64,000 nt of DNA from Hormiphora californensis (GCA_020137815.1 CM035351.1:496001-560000); one strand, 5' to 3'. Positions 10,601 to 23,640 are shown, numbered from the stretch's first letter. The notes: generated from the sequence alone by a model not told the origin. Translations and numbers: made by a program.

Positions 10601-13584
10601 CGGGGTTGGAACCAGGGGTGGTGGAGACAGAGTTACTGAAATATGGACACCTCATTCAGGTTAGTTATACTGTGTCAGGGCGGGGGTGGGGGGGGGGGGC
10701 GGGGGGAGCCAGGGGTGGTGGAGACAGAGTTACTGAAATGTGGACACCTCATTCAGGTTAGTTACTGGTCAGGGCGGGGGTGGGGGGAGCCAGGGGTGGT
10801 GGAGACAGAGCTACTGAAATGTGGACACCTCATTCAGGTTAGTTACTGGTCAGGGCGGGGGGGGGGGGGGGGGGGGGGGAGCCAGGGGTGGTGGAGACAG
10901 AGTTACTGAAATGTGGACACCTCATTCAGGTTAGTTATACTGGTCAGGGCGGGGGTGGGGGGAGCCAGGGGGGGGGGGTGGTGGAGACAGAGCTACTGAA
11001 ATGTGGACACCTAATTCAGGTTAGTTACTGGTCAGGGCGGGGGTGTGGGAGACACCTCATTCAGGTTTGTGTGAGTTACCTCTCTCTCAAGTATTGTTAG
11101 AATGTAACAAGGTGTGGGCAGGGGTTGGATTTATGTGATGCGATATATATTCAATTTCGGCGAATAAATTTCTTGGAAATTGATTTGAAAGCTTTTACCA
11201 ATTTTGGTATTGTACAGGTAAGAATGACCATTGACCACTCCCTGGTATTCCTATTGTATTTCTTTCACTCTCTCTGCTAGCTGCTAACTGCTTTGTATTA
11301 ACAGGGAAACCATCTCTCACCCTCTACTTTACCAGGGAAACTAGGTGCTATCTCTCACCCTCTACTTTACTGAAGGGTAACTGGGTCCTATCTCTCACCC
11401 TCTATTTTATCAGGGTAACTGGGTCCTATCTCTCACCCTCTATTTTACTGCAGGGTAACTGGGTCCTATCTCTCACCCTCTACTTTACCCCAGGGTAACT
11501 GGGTCCTATCTCTCACCCTCTACTTTACTGAAGGGTAACTGGGTGCTATCTCTCACCCTCTATTTTATCAGGGTAACTGGGTCCTATCTCTCACCCTCTA
11601 TTTTACTGCAGGGTAACTGGGTCCTATCTCTCACCCTCTACTTTATCAGGGTAACTGGGTCCTATCTCTCACCCTCTACTTTACTGAAGGGTAACTGGGT
11701 CCTATCTCTCACCCTCTATTTTATCAGGGTAACTGGGTCGTATCTCTCACCCTCTATTTTATCAGGGTAACTGGGTCCTATCTCTCACCCTCTACTTTAC
11801 CCCAGGGTAACTGGGTCCTATCTCTCACCCTCTACTTTACTGCAGGGTAACTGGGTCCTATCTCTCACCCTCTACTTTACCCCAGGGTAACTGGGTCCTA
11901 TCTCTCACTCTCTACTTTACCCCAGGGTAACTGGGTCCTATCTCTCACCCTCTATTTTACTGCAGGGTAACTGGGTCCTATCTCTCACCCTCTATTTTAT
12001 CAGGGTAACTGGGTCCTATCTCTCACCCTCTACTTTACCCCAGGGTAACTGGGTCCTATCTCTCACCCTCTATTTTACCCCAGGGTAACTGGGTCCTATC
12101 TCTCACCCTCTATTTTACTGCAGGGTAACTGGGTCCTATCTCTCACCCTCTACTTTATCAGGGTAACTGGGTCCTATCTCTCACCCTCTACTTTACCCCA
12201 GGGTAACTGGGTGCTATCTCTCACCCTCTACTAACTACTTCTTTCCAGGGTAACTGGGTCCTATCTCTCACCCTCTATTTTACTGCAGGGTAACTGGGTC
12301 CTATCTCTCACCCTCTACTTTACTGCAGGGTAACTGGGTCCTATCTCTCACCCTCTATTTTACTGCAGGGTAACTGGGTCCTATCTCTCACCCTCTACTT
12401 TACTGCAGGGTAACTGGGTCCTATCTCTCACCCTCTACTTTACTGCAGGGTAACTGGGTCCTATCTCTCACCCTCTATTTTACTGCAGGGTAACTGGGTC
12501 CTATCTCTCACCCTCTATTTTATCAGGGTAACTGGGTCCTATCTCTCACCCTCTATTTTACTGCAGGGTAACTGGGTCCTATCTCTCACCCTCTACTTTA
12601 CTGCAGGGTAACTGGGTGCTATCTCTCACCCTCTACTTTACTGCAGGGAAACTGGGTCCTATCTCTCACCCTCTATTTTATCAGGGTAACTGGGTCCTAT
12701 CTCTCACCCTCTATTTTACTGCAGGGTAACTGGGTCCTATCTCTCACCCTCTATTTTATCAGGGTAACTGGGTCCTATCTCTCACCCTCTACTTTACTGC
12801 AGGGTAACTGGGTGCTATCTCTCACCCTCTACTTTACTGCAGGGAAACTGGGTCCTATCTCTCACCCTCTATTTTATCAGGGTAACTGGGTCCTATCTCT
12901 CACCCTCTATTTTACTGCAGGGTAACTATCTCTCACCCTCTACTAACTACTTCTTTCCAGGGTAACTGGGTCCTCCGATCGAAGTGCCTGTACCCGGAGG
13001 GCAGCAAGTCAGATCTGACTGGTGTGCCTGCGAGTTTGATGGTGCGTCACAGAAACTTTATCCTGTGCTGTTTTGCAGTCTCGCCCCTGTTGGAGCGGAG
13101 TCACTTGGAGAAGATTAGCAGAATTGATCCCAGCGAGATAGAGATGCTACTGAAACAGGTGGGTACTATTATAATTCAGTGTTGGAAATTGTGTAAAAAC
13201 ATGTTAGGGTATTTTAGATTAGGGTGCATGTTAGGAATCGTGTATGTATGACGTTTGCAGTGCTGGACAGCTCATAGTCCTGTTACACTGGCCTGTATCA
13301 AATATCATGCTGTACAAGTATATATCAGGTTACAACCTCTCTCTCTCTACAACGCGTTGCTTAACTTAAGTTAAACTACTTTATCTCTCTTTTTTCTTTA
13401 TAGTTGCCCTATATCTCTCACTCTGTGACTATCCATGGCTGACTCTTATGACTCTTTGCATTATTATCTCTCCATTCTCTTCTATGATTCTCACTTAAAG
13501 AGATGTGCATACATAATGGTCTTGTTATTTTTCTTAAAGCAGATCGTGCAGACCTCTCTCTGTCCCTTTATCTCTCTCTCTCTC

Positions 13585-13662
<78 letters not shown>

Positions 13663-15697
13663 CCTGTCTCTCTAAAAATTTCTTACCATCAGGACATAAC
13701 TTTTTAGGGCTGGATCCCCCCATGGCCCATTCTCTCTCCCCCCTGAGATTGTGATTCTGACCAATGGCCATGTGTAACAGCCCCCCAATCTCTTCCCCCC
13801 CCAGGTGTCAGTATTCCAACCAGGCAAGGGATGGCAGTTCAAAAGGCCCCACACTGCTAACAACAACTCAGCGGCTCAACAGAAACAGCTATCCGACATT
13901 TACGAGAGTTTATACACGGCACTTCATGTGAGTAAAATACACGGCACTTCATGTGAGTAAAATACACGGCACTTCATGTGAGTAAAATACACGGCACTTC
14001 ATGTGAGTAAAATACACGGCACTTCATGTGAGTAAAATACACGGCACTTCATGTGAGTAGTATACACGGCACTTCATGTGAGTAGTATACAAGGTCGTTC
14101 CTTGGAGAGTGTGGGCCAACATCTGCTAGCTCATTCCTAAGATACGTTACACAGCTGTCATAGAGTAAATTCACTGATAGAGATTTGAGAATGACAGAAA
14201 GAGAGAAAGAGAGTAAACTCATTCACTTGAGACAGTGTACTGATTATGTAGAGAGTCACTTGACACTGCATTGAAGAGTAACTTGACAGGCAAATAATCA
14301 GTGTCTTCACGATTTAGTTGTCAGTGCTTTCTTTTGTCTTTCTATCTTTGTTTTCAACTCTTGGCGTGTATTGTTCTGCAGCAACTATCGTATACATTGT
14401 GTGTGTGTCTATCTATTGACTTAGTAAAAGAAAGAGAGAAGGAATGATTGAGAGAGAATGATAGTGAAATAATGATAGTCAGACTGAGAGATAAAGAGAG
14501 AATGACTGAGAGAAACTAATTGAGAGAGAGAATGATAGACAGAGAAAGCACAGTATGTGTTTGTATTGTGTAAACACCATACATCCGTGCTCTGTACTGT
14601 CTGTATATTGCTCTGTCTGTACTACCACACGATACAAACACTGATACAGACACTGAGAGTGTGTGTAAGCTACCGTTGCCAAGGCAATACATTATGGGAT
14701 GCGTGTGAGAGGTGGAGGGGATATGTTTTTAGTTATGTTGAAAGGTTTCTCTCTCCTGTCATCCCCCTTGTTTTGAAATGACAGACGTCCTATATTAATA
14801 TATATCTCGGGCTGGTGTACGTGCCTCAACTCACCTCTCTCGCCAGTCTTTTTAACCACCTCACCTCTCCCTCTCTCATCAGTTGAAGAATCACCGAGAT
14901 AATCCGTTGGTATCCCAGTTCCACACCTCCTCCAACAACTCCTCCTCAGCTGGGGGTGGAGGGTTGTCAGTAGAGAGTGCCTCTCAATTGGTAACCAGAC
15001 TGGATTTAGCTGATGTAGTAGAACCAATGCATGTCACTATCATGGCCAAACAAATACGGGTAAGAAACAATAGAGATGGGGAGATATTGATATCAGTTAC
15101 ATTTTTTTAATGCACATTGGTAATTTGAGTCGGTCAGATCCTGTGCAAGGGCCAAGGGTACGTGTATTTTAAAATTAGTTTTCAAAATCAGTTAATTTTC
15201 TTTAGGAGTTTGTTGGCCGGATAGTTTGCAAGAAACACGTGTTACTGGATCTAGCTGCACAATACGTCCCTCCTGAACACTGTACCCAGCTTCTTGACGG
15301 ACTCCTTCGAACTCTCAACATGGAAACTGTGACTGTAATACACGAGGTGAGGAGAGAGTGAGGGAGAGAGTGAGATACTTGTTTTTAGAAATCTGTTGCA
15401 CGATACAATGTCTAGCCAACAGAGAGCTAGAAAGTGTCAATTCCTGACATTATAATGTAATTTCAGGGACAACTAGTGGAGGTAGTTACACGTTTTGGTC
15501 CAGGGACAGAGACCTACAAACGTGTTCTAATGGAACTATTTGGTACTAAGGCTCTGCTGACACGGGGAGATATACAGGAGCGAGTACAGAGTGAACTATC
15601 TCAGAGCCTCACACGACGTGACTATCAGTACATTGCAACTCATTTGTGTCGCTTTGAAAACAAAATGTATTCTCTTAGAGTGCGGGACACACACTGA
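7617..15697 (+). CDS. POLR3E: RNA polymerase III subunit RPC5 (Sin-like), 10 exons
   Basis: DEVVHEIDVF..LLTQYPLRP..VKP..ELELEM; KLHLCPLDSVIQMTPSFDHIDK; HLIQ|GNWVLRS. Phase-consistent exons 7617-7856, 8320-8459, 8657-8795, 10258-10464, 10540-10659, 12961-13158, 13805-13927, 14883-15059, 15206-15346, 15467-15697. Confidence 0.88.
7851..8152 (+). repeat. 39/45-bp tandem array containing the POLR3E exon-1 donor (CAACAG|GTA) x8
   Basis: CAACAGGTA at 7851, 7890, 7935, 7974, 8019, 8058, 8097 and 8142; two unit variants. Confidence 0.9.
8819..10020 (-). mobile_element. Internally deleted Tc1/mariner-like element with ~475-bp TIRs, in POLR3E intron 3
   Basis: TA|CCGTGTGCGGC ... GCCGCACACGG|TA (TA TSD). 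Arms are near-identical reverse complements. The central minus-strand remnant MHFTPEQRNFI resembles a Tc1/mariner transposase N-terminus. Confidence 0.85.
10610..11070 (+). repeat. Tandem array of POLR3E exon-5 3' end plus donor (..GGACACCTCATTCAG|GTTAGT) with poly-G spacers, 5-6 copies
   Basis: Repeated GAGCCAGGGGTGGTGGAGACAGAG(T/C)TACTGAAATGTGGACACCTCATTCAGGTTAGT. Confidence 0.9.
11300..12974 (+). repeat. 37-40-bp minisatellite (~40 copies) made of POLR3E exon-6 acceptor plus first 14 exon bases
   Basis: Unit ATCTCTCACCCTCTA(C/T)TTTA(CTG/CCC/T)CAG|GGTAACTGGGTCCT. The real exon begins GGTAACTGGGTCCTCCGA at 12961. Confidence 0.92.
13568..13657 (+). repeat. (CT)n microsatellite
   Basis: Direct observation. 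Confidence 0.95.
13913..14090 (+). repeat. 25-bp tandem array containing POLR3E exon-7 donor (TACACGGCACTTCAT|GTGAGT) x7
   Basis: Unit TACACGGCACTTCATGTGAGTA(AAA/GTA). The first copy ends the exon (...YTALH). Confidence 0.9.
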
Positions 15698-15739
15698 TAT
15701 ATATTGGAGAGGGATATCTTTTATCTAATTTATTATATG

Positions 15740-16010
15740 ATTAGATGACTGGTTAAAATGGTCTATTACTTTTTAGTGCACGAGGCCGAAGGCCGAGTGC
15801 TCTAAATACAACAATAATGAACCGAGACCGACAGGTCGAGGTAGATCCTTTTACTTAGCTGCCGAGCCTGCGAGGCACGCTAAGTGTAACTACTGAGCGA
15901 GCCTGCGAGCTCTGTAGTTGTACTTTTGGGCCGAGCCTGCGAGGCCTAAAAGTGAAAGAATCTTTAACATTATTGTTGTGTAATAGAGCATGTAAAAGCA
16001 GTCATCTAAT
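15740..16010. mobile_element. Small MITE with ~30-bp imperfect TIRs and internal GC-rich mini-hairpins
   Basis: ATTAGATGACTGGTTAAAATGGTCTATTAC pairs with GTAATAGAGCATGTAAAAGCAGTCATCTAAT. Internal GGCCGAAGGCC and GCCGAGCCTGCGAGGC repeats. Confidence 0.6.
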
Positions 16011-16030
16011 TTTATTAGATGATTTTGGAA

Positions 16031-16082
16031 ACAAACTGAGTGAAAGAGATAAAGATTGAGTGAGAGAGAGAGAGAAAGAGAA

Positions 16083-16141
<59 letters not shown>

Positions 16142-16289
16142 TGTGCAGTAGTCACTACAGTGCACACGCCCTAACCCTTATCTTTTCTTCCCCTCTGCAA
16201 CTATAGGTCACGTGATCGTCACGTGATGGCACCACACCAATGAGCGTCCTGCATCTGCTTTCCCTCTCTGCCTTCGATTCTCTCTTTTC

Positions 16290-16377
<88 letters not shown>

Positions 16378-16405
16378 TAATCTTTATCCCGTTCACTCAG
16401 TTTGT
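16031..16405. mobile_element. Inverted-repeat element with (GA)n/(TC)n arms upstream of UBE2L3
   Basis: ACAAACTGAGTGAAAGAGATAAAGATTGAGTGAGAG(AG)n ... (TC)nTCACTTAATCTTTATCCCGTTCACTCAGTTTGT. Confidence 0.65.
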
Positions 16406-16701
16406 AATGTTTGTAATGTTCACACTGTGTGCGTGTGACTAGAAAGTGTTTAATTTTTCACATACCACTGCAGCGGTATTTTGCTTTATAATTACTAGTG
16501 TTTTTGCAGTGGTCTAAAATTTCACAGTACACTTTAACCACCGGAAACGGTGTACTGTGAAAACTTAGATAACCGGTTAAAATTGTCTAATACTTTTTAC
16601 CCAATTTTAACATTCCTTATGGTCACAGTTTCTGAACTTGTTGTATATTTAATATTACATTGTTTATATAACACCCATCTCTATTTATATAGTGGTAGGT
16701 G

Positions 16702-17429
16702 ATGGCTGCCACACGACGACTCACAAAGGAGTTGGCTGACCTGGTAAAACAGGACCACGCATTCCTACAGAGCATTGAAGTGAGGGACAGCTCCGTTCTA
16801 CATTGGAAGGGTGTCATTCTCCCCATGGCAGAACCATTCAATAAGGGTGCCTTTAAGATAGAGCTAACATTCCCTACTGAGTACCCCTTCAAGCCTCCTC
16901 TGCTGTGCTTTATCACCCCCATCTATCACCCTAATGTTGACGAGAAGGGTCAAGTGTGCCTCCCTATTATTAATGCAGCCAACTGGAAACCTGCCACCAA
17001 GATGGAACAAGGTAGGTTTCTCATTGATTGTAACGGTTATCGAGCGTGTAAAGCTGGTCAGCTCATCAATCACTCTCCGAGAGTTGAGAGAAGATGCCAT
17101 TTTTGTCACAGTCCCAACTGTCAGAGACGTAGGGCGCAAGAGCGCGCACAGTATAAAAGCTGCTAGTGTCAGCAGAAGAGAAATGCCGCGCATTCCCGAA
17201 ACTGTGATATAACCAAAATAATGCATATTCCGAACTGACTCAGCCTTTTCTTTGGATCTAACCCTTTCCCTCTCCCTCAGTATTGCAGTCCCTGGTAGCG
17301 CTAATAAACGAGCCTGAGGTTGAGCACCCTCTGCGAGGGGACCTAGCTAACGAGTACATAGAGAAACCTGACCAGTTCAAAAAACACGCAGCGGAACACA
17401 CAGCCAAGCATGCAGAGCCACGCAACTAA
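16702..17429 (+). CDS. UBE2L3: Ubiquitin-conjugating enzyme E2 L3 (UbcH7-like), 2 exons (16702-17011, 17281-17429)
   Basis: MAATRRLTKEL; YPFKPP; IYHPNVDEKGQVCLPII..NWKPATK with catalytic Cys. Exon 2 VLQSLVALINEPEVEHPLRGDLANEY...HAEPRN*. Confidence 0.93.
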
Positions 17430-17544
17430 TGATGAGGGGAGAGAGAAGAAACACTTTCTGGGGCTGGTGCCCAACATACCGGTGTTGCAGCTGGGTGTGT
17501 GATTGTTATATTGGATCATGTTTGGGAGAGAGAGAGTTGTTAAT

Positions 17545-18770
17545 TGGCCCGGGGGTTTCCCCCCCGGGAGAAAAAGGGCCCTTTTTTCCTTAAACCCCCC
17601 CCCCCCCTTGGGGTTATTTTAAAAAAAAATGTATTTTAAATTTTTAAACCCCCTTTTTTTTTTTCCTTTTTTAACCCCCCTTTTTTTCCCGGGCCCAAAA
17701 GTAATAATTTTCATTTTTTTCCCCCCATTCCCTTTGTCCTTTTTTTTTTCCCCCCCCCTTCCTTTTTTTCCCCCAAATTAGGAAAGATTAGGTAAGCCAT
17801 TTAATTTTAAAACCCCTTTTGGCCTAATTTTGATTTTAACCTTAAAGGGGGTAAATTAAGGGGAAATTTTAACAAAGGAAAGGGGGGGAAAAGTTTAAAA
17901 AAAAAAGAGAAAAAAAAAAAGAGAAAAAAAAAAAAAGGGGAAAAAAAAAAATTTAAAAAAAAAGTTTGGTAAGTTTGTTTAACCAAAAATTCGTGGAACT
18001 GGTCACTTAACCCCGTTTTTTTTCCCTTTTTTAGGGTTATTAAAACCCCGTGCAAACACCGTCACCAAATAATTCAACTTTAAAATTTAAGTGTTGGAAA
18101 CAAGAGAATTTTTTAAAAGGTGGAATTTTTTTTTCTTTTTTGCCCCTTTTTTCCCCCCTTTTAAAGTTTTTTTTCCCCCTTTTTTTATTAAAATTTTAAA
18201 ATTTTTTAAAATTTTTTATCTTGGGGTTTTTTTACCCTTTTTTCCTTTTTTCAATTTTTCCCCCCTTTTTTTTTAACCCCCCTTTATTTTCCCTTTTTAT
18301 ATTTTAAAAAAAAAGGGTATTTCCTTTAACCCCTTTCCCAAAAAATTTTTTTTCCTTTAAAAAAACAAAGGGTTTTTTTTTTTTTTTCCCCCCCCTTTTT
18401 TTTTTTTAAAAAAATTTTTTTTTTTTCCTCTTTTTCTTTTTTTCCCCCTTTTTTTTTTTTAACTTCAAAAATTTCCCTTTTAAGCAAGTTTTTTTTTCCA
18501 TCGTTAAAACCAAAAGGGGTTTTTTTTTGAATGCCCAAAAACTTTTTTCTCCCCTCCCCTTCCCTAACTTTTTTGAAAAGAAGTTTGAGCTTTATTTTTG
18601 GGTCTTTTTAATTGTTGGGGGGTTTTATGAACCCCGGGGGTTAACCCCCCCCCTTGGTAAAAAATTCCGAGTCCCTTTTCCCCGAACCCCCCCTCGAGAA
18701 GAGGGCCGAGGGGGGAAAACCCAAAGGGAGAGAAGCCAAAAAATTTTTAAAAAAGGAAACCCAGTTTTTG
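17545..18770. other. Homopolymer-saturated low-quality stretch (probable sequencing/assembly artefact)
   Basis: Almost entirely aperiodic runs of A/T/C/G, with an abrupt onset after normal sequence. Confidence 0.75.
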
Positions 18771-20867
18771 TACTGTTATTTCTGTACGCACTCTCGATTA
18801 CTGAATTACTAGTTCTCTAGCATTTTAGTAAGTGAGTGAAAATAAAGATAGTTTTGAAGCTTTGTCTATCTTTGGAGTATCTGCTTCACACCTGTCATTA
18901 CCATAATAACATGAAATAAATTCAATTCTTCAGAATTTTGTTTTTACTGAAAGCCACTCTTTTGCTTCATCACTCAAACCTCTCGGAGTCCCATTTCTAT
19001 CTATATCTCTGCTCTTCTCGGGAGAAGAGAGAGCGACCGATAGCAAGATGGTCGAAACTCGACTAGCTTGTCGAGACGATCTCGAGACGGGCTTCTCTCG
19101 TCTCTCTCTCTCTAGTCTAGCTACTCTCCTCTATCTCTCTCGATCTCTAGCCTGCTCTCTCTTATCTCTTCTCACTCTCTCTCTCATACTCTTCATACGT
19201 TATTAACTCCATTGTAACGGCAATGTCTTTATTATACCATCAGTAAATCTCACAGACAGATCGCTCTTCACGTGACATGTCCCAAAATAGCTTCCTCTAT
19301 CTTTCTCACTCTCTCCCTCTCTCTCTCTCACTCTTTCCTCCTGTCAACAAGCAATGCCATATCTGAGATACATTCCTATTATATTGCCGATCGTTTTAAT
19401 TGTCTGGATCCGATCCTATGCATATCCCAGGCCCGATCGTATACCCCCCCCCCCCCTTGGTAAAGAAGTTACCGACGCCTCCCTTGCCGGCGCGAAGCAC
19501 GCCCTACGAAGTTTATACGCCAGGTTGTCCTTGTTACTCGGATTGGGACAACCGATCGTGCGAGATTTGATCTACTGCCCAAAACATATTGAAAGAAGAG
19601 AATCCGAGATTGAAGCATCTGAGATGGAGAAGAGAAAGATATAAAAATATGGAAGTTCAGCTGTAGGATATTGTGTGACTCAGTGCAGTTGTCATGGCAA
19701 CCCTGTATACTTTAATGATTAATACCGGAGGAGCAACATATAGTGAGCTACTCAAGCTGCTACACTGAGTCTGTGGTTGGTCACCGCAAAATCTTGATCA
19801 TCTCTTATCCAATCTATCTCTCTATCTCTCTATCTATCTCTCTCTCTCTCTCTCTCTATCTTTCTATCCCTCTTTCTCTCTATCTATCTTTCTATGTGGT
19901 CTTCCAGCTTATTTTTCAGCTTTCTACACCACGTTTTTAATCAAGATCCGATAGTTCTTTCAATAATGTAACTGTATCCCACAAGTTTCATCAATTATGG
20001 TTTTTGCTTTTGATTTTATCTCTTGCTCAACGACCTACGATCATTAGGAGAAACCAAGGAATGGGAGAACTCGTTTAGCTGTGGTATTGTTGTTGTGTAA
20101 CCGTGTGTTCCCCTGGTATGCCTTCTTCCCATTCTCTCTACCTGTATATTGCTCTCCCCGCTTTCCTCCCTGTATTGTAGGCTATTCCTGGATTGTGTAC
20201 CCCCCCTCCCTGGGAGAGAGTCTGGATTGTGTACCCCCCCCCCCCCCTGAGAGAGTCTGCAAGCTTTTGTATACCCATTATACAGGCTCGAGTCTGCAGC
20301 ATAGAGGAAGAGAGCCAGGGTACTACTGATTCTCTCCCTTCCCTGTCTCTCTCCCTTCCTTCCCAGCTAGCCTGCCAGCCTCTCTCTCCCTTCCCTCTCT
20401 CTATCTCTCCTTTTTTACCTTCTACAACTCGGCTGAATAAAGGGCCGGGAGCAAACCAAATTGTCATGATTGTCCATGTTTTCTGATGACTGAGTTTGTC
20501 GCTGTACCTGCAGTTGATCACTCACTCATGTGTTGTGTTTATACTCAGTACTCATTGAGGATCTGCATGTCTACTCTCTCAGCTCAGTTTGTTACTCGTT
20601 TGTTGCTCATATAACGAGTCTTTGATATCTACTCCCTGATCTCCAAGTCCCTCAGTCTCTCTCTCTCTCTGATCTCAAAGTCCCTCAGTCTCTCTCTCTC
20701 TCTCTGATCTCCAAGTCCCTCAGTCTCTCTCAGCTGAACTCTCTCACTCATTGCACCGATTGTTCTCTCTGATCAATCTCTCTCCCATCTCTCTCCCCCG
20801 CTGTGTATCATCGCTCCTGCTGCTGCTGCGATTACTAATCAGTGATTACATTGTGTACCTGTGTAGT

Positions 20868-21190
<323 letters not shown>

Positions 21191-21472
21191 CTTCATCTCA
21201 TTGTCCAAAGCGCACTATACATGCAATTTTGTATGCGCATCTCATTGTAGCAAAACAGGATTATTACGAGCCTCATAAAATACTGTCCTCTCTGAGCTGG
21301 GACTTTGCGCAAAGAACAGTTATGAGTAGTATGACATTAGTTATTTCCAGTGATATTGACCCTCAAAAGGTTTATGTGCTAATTTTTTCACAACAAAGAT
21401 TTTTGTTCGATACGACTGATGCTGTTATAAACTACATAATCGGTTCGAACCAAACTTTAAACACACTTCCTA

Positions 21473-21675
21473 TATAACCGACACCCCCTTGTCCCATAGG
21501 GGTTCCCCCTCTCCCCTCAAGTATGAACGCCATCGTCTATATAACCGACACCCACTTGTTCCATATAGGGGTTCCCCCTCTCCCCTCAAGTATGAACGCC
21601 ATCGTCTATATAACCGACACCCACTTGTTCCATATAGGGGTTCCCCCTCTCCCCTCAAGTATGAACGCCATTGTC
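21473..21675 (+). repeat. 69-bp tandem repeat x3 (..CATATAG|GGGTTCCCCCTCTCCCCTCAAGTATGAACGCC..)
   Basis: Three copies; the last runs into the ORF MNAIVSHTMAALPAV... Confidence 0.85.
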
Positions 21676-22486
21676 TCCCACACCATGGCAGCTCTCCCAG
21701 CTGTCCGACTAGTATCCTCCTTCTGGGAGGGTTATTACTTCACCGATACTTCCTCCTCCTCTTCCTCTGTCACCCTCTCCTCTGTGTCGGGGTTCGAGGA
21801 TGAGGTCCCTGCCTGGAAGAGAGTCCTGGACGCAGCAACTGAGGCTGACAATGAGGGAGGATTTATTAGCAGAATGAATCTGATCTATCTATCTCTTTAT
21901 CTGATTCGAGTTTGATCTCCTTACCACCATGATGTACTTTTCTAAATTTGACTTTTCTCCAGCAACAGCATTTGCTTCATTTTACTGTTCGATACCAGGT
22001 TGTTTTTTAAACTTATTATAAATTCTTTGACGTCGTTTCTCTCATTTTCACCTTTTCTTATTTTCTCAGCACCAGGGCTGTAATTGCTTTGTAGCAGTCA
22101 CGTTATTATCTCTTGGCAGACACAGTGTGTATGCAATATTAATTGACTTCCAGATTCTATATTTTGCCACCTCTATCTATCTTTCTTTCTCTAGTTATTA
22201 GGCTATGTTTCTCACTTTACAGTTAAGTTTACTGGCAGTGATATTATATAAAACGGTTGGTGCAGTATTAGTAAGGTGTGAAGGGTTGGTTAAACTGAAA
22301 TACAGAAATAGACAGCTGCACATCAGTTATTATAGTAGCGAGAGAATTATTGTATCATTTGATTATATTCAAATGTTGTATTTGATCTTTCTAGTTGCTA
22401 TTTTAGTTTCTACCCTCTCTCTCTCTCCGCATCTGGCCGCTCTCATTTCCTTTTACTTGTGTGGCGCATCCTACAGCGAGATAGTT

Positions 22487-22511
22487 AGAGAGAGAGAGAG
22501 AGAGAGAGAAT

Positions 22512-22605
<94 letters not shown>

Positions 22606-22670
22606 TAGAGAGAGAGAGAGAATGAGATAGAGCGAGATAGATAGAGAGAGAGAGATAGAGAGAGAGAGAG
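22487..22670 (+). repeat. (GA)n microsatellite
   Basis: Direct observation. Confidence 0.95.
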
Positions 22671-23252
22671 TTAGATAACGATGGGGGAGATGGATAGTGA
22701 GAGAGATAGAAAAGTAAAGAAGGAGAGAAGATTGTTGATTTGTTTGATCACAATAATAATGTTGGCAGTTACAACAGTTACAACATCTGCAGCCCTGTTG
22801 GCAGTTACAACATTTTGTATTTCTTGTTTGAAGCAACATCCAGCCCTGTTTTCCATTCTCTAGCAGCACTGTGTCATATCGCCCTTCTATATTTTCCTAA
22901 TTTTGACATAGAATTAGGGTAAACGTTAGGTACAAGGTGTGTCTTCCTAAATATCTGTATCGGTAGAAGTGCAAAAGCATTATGCACAATTTCTTCTATT
23001 GCACTGAATTTTCTGCAAAATATTTTATTCGGAGAACTTTCTTACATTATATTCTCTCATCATCTGTGTTCAAATAACTTTGACATTGTTCTGCGAGAAC
23101 GAGAATTCGTTATCTTACGCTTTTTCAAAAACACGCACATAACATGAGACAAAACTAACACCAGTTTCTCTGTCTTCCATAGCCAAGATTGCTGTTAATG
23201 TGACGCCATCCAACTCTATACCATCTGCAATACTGCAGGCGTGAGTATACTG

Positions 23253-23254
23253 AC

Positions 23255-23307
<53 letters not shown>

Positions 23308-23334
23308 CCCTGTCTGTCTCCCTGTCTGTCTCCC

Positions 23335-23429
<95 letters not shown>

Positions 23430-23430
23430 A

Positions 23431-23479
<49 letters not shown>

Positions 23480-23481
23480 CC

Positions 23482-23544
<63 letters not shown>

Positions 23545-23545
23545 A

Positions 23546-23582
<37 letters not shown>

Positions 23583-23585
23583 CCC

Positions 23586-23626
<41 letters not shown>

Positions 23627-23640
23627 GTCTGTCTGTCTCT
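23253..23640 (+). repeat. (TCTG)n tetranucleotide microsatellite
   Basis: Direct observation; source of the TDRQ/SVCL ORFs. Confidence 0.95.

Noticed and set aside
11300-12960. CRISPR-like array
   Set aside because: Head-to-tail units without unique spacers, no cas genes, and a eukaryotic intron context.
17012-17166. Extended Cys-rich C-terminus of UBE2L3 in the ORF track
   Set aside because: Read-through into the intron; the true exon 2 is at 17281-17429.
17807-18820. Phe/Lys/Pro/Gly-rich ORFs
   Set aside because: Translations of the homopolymer artefact.
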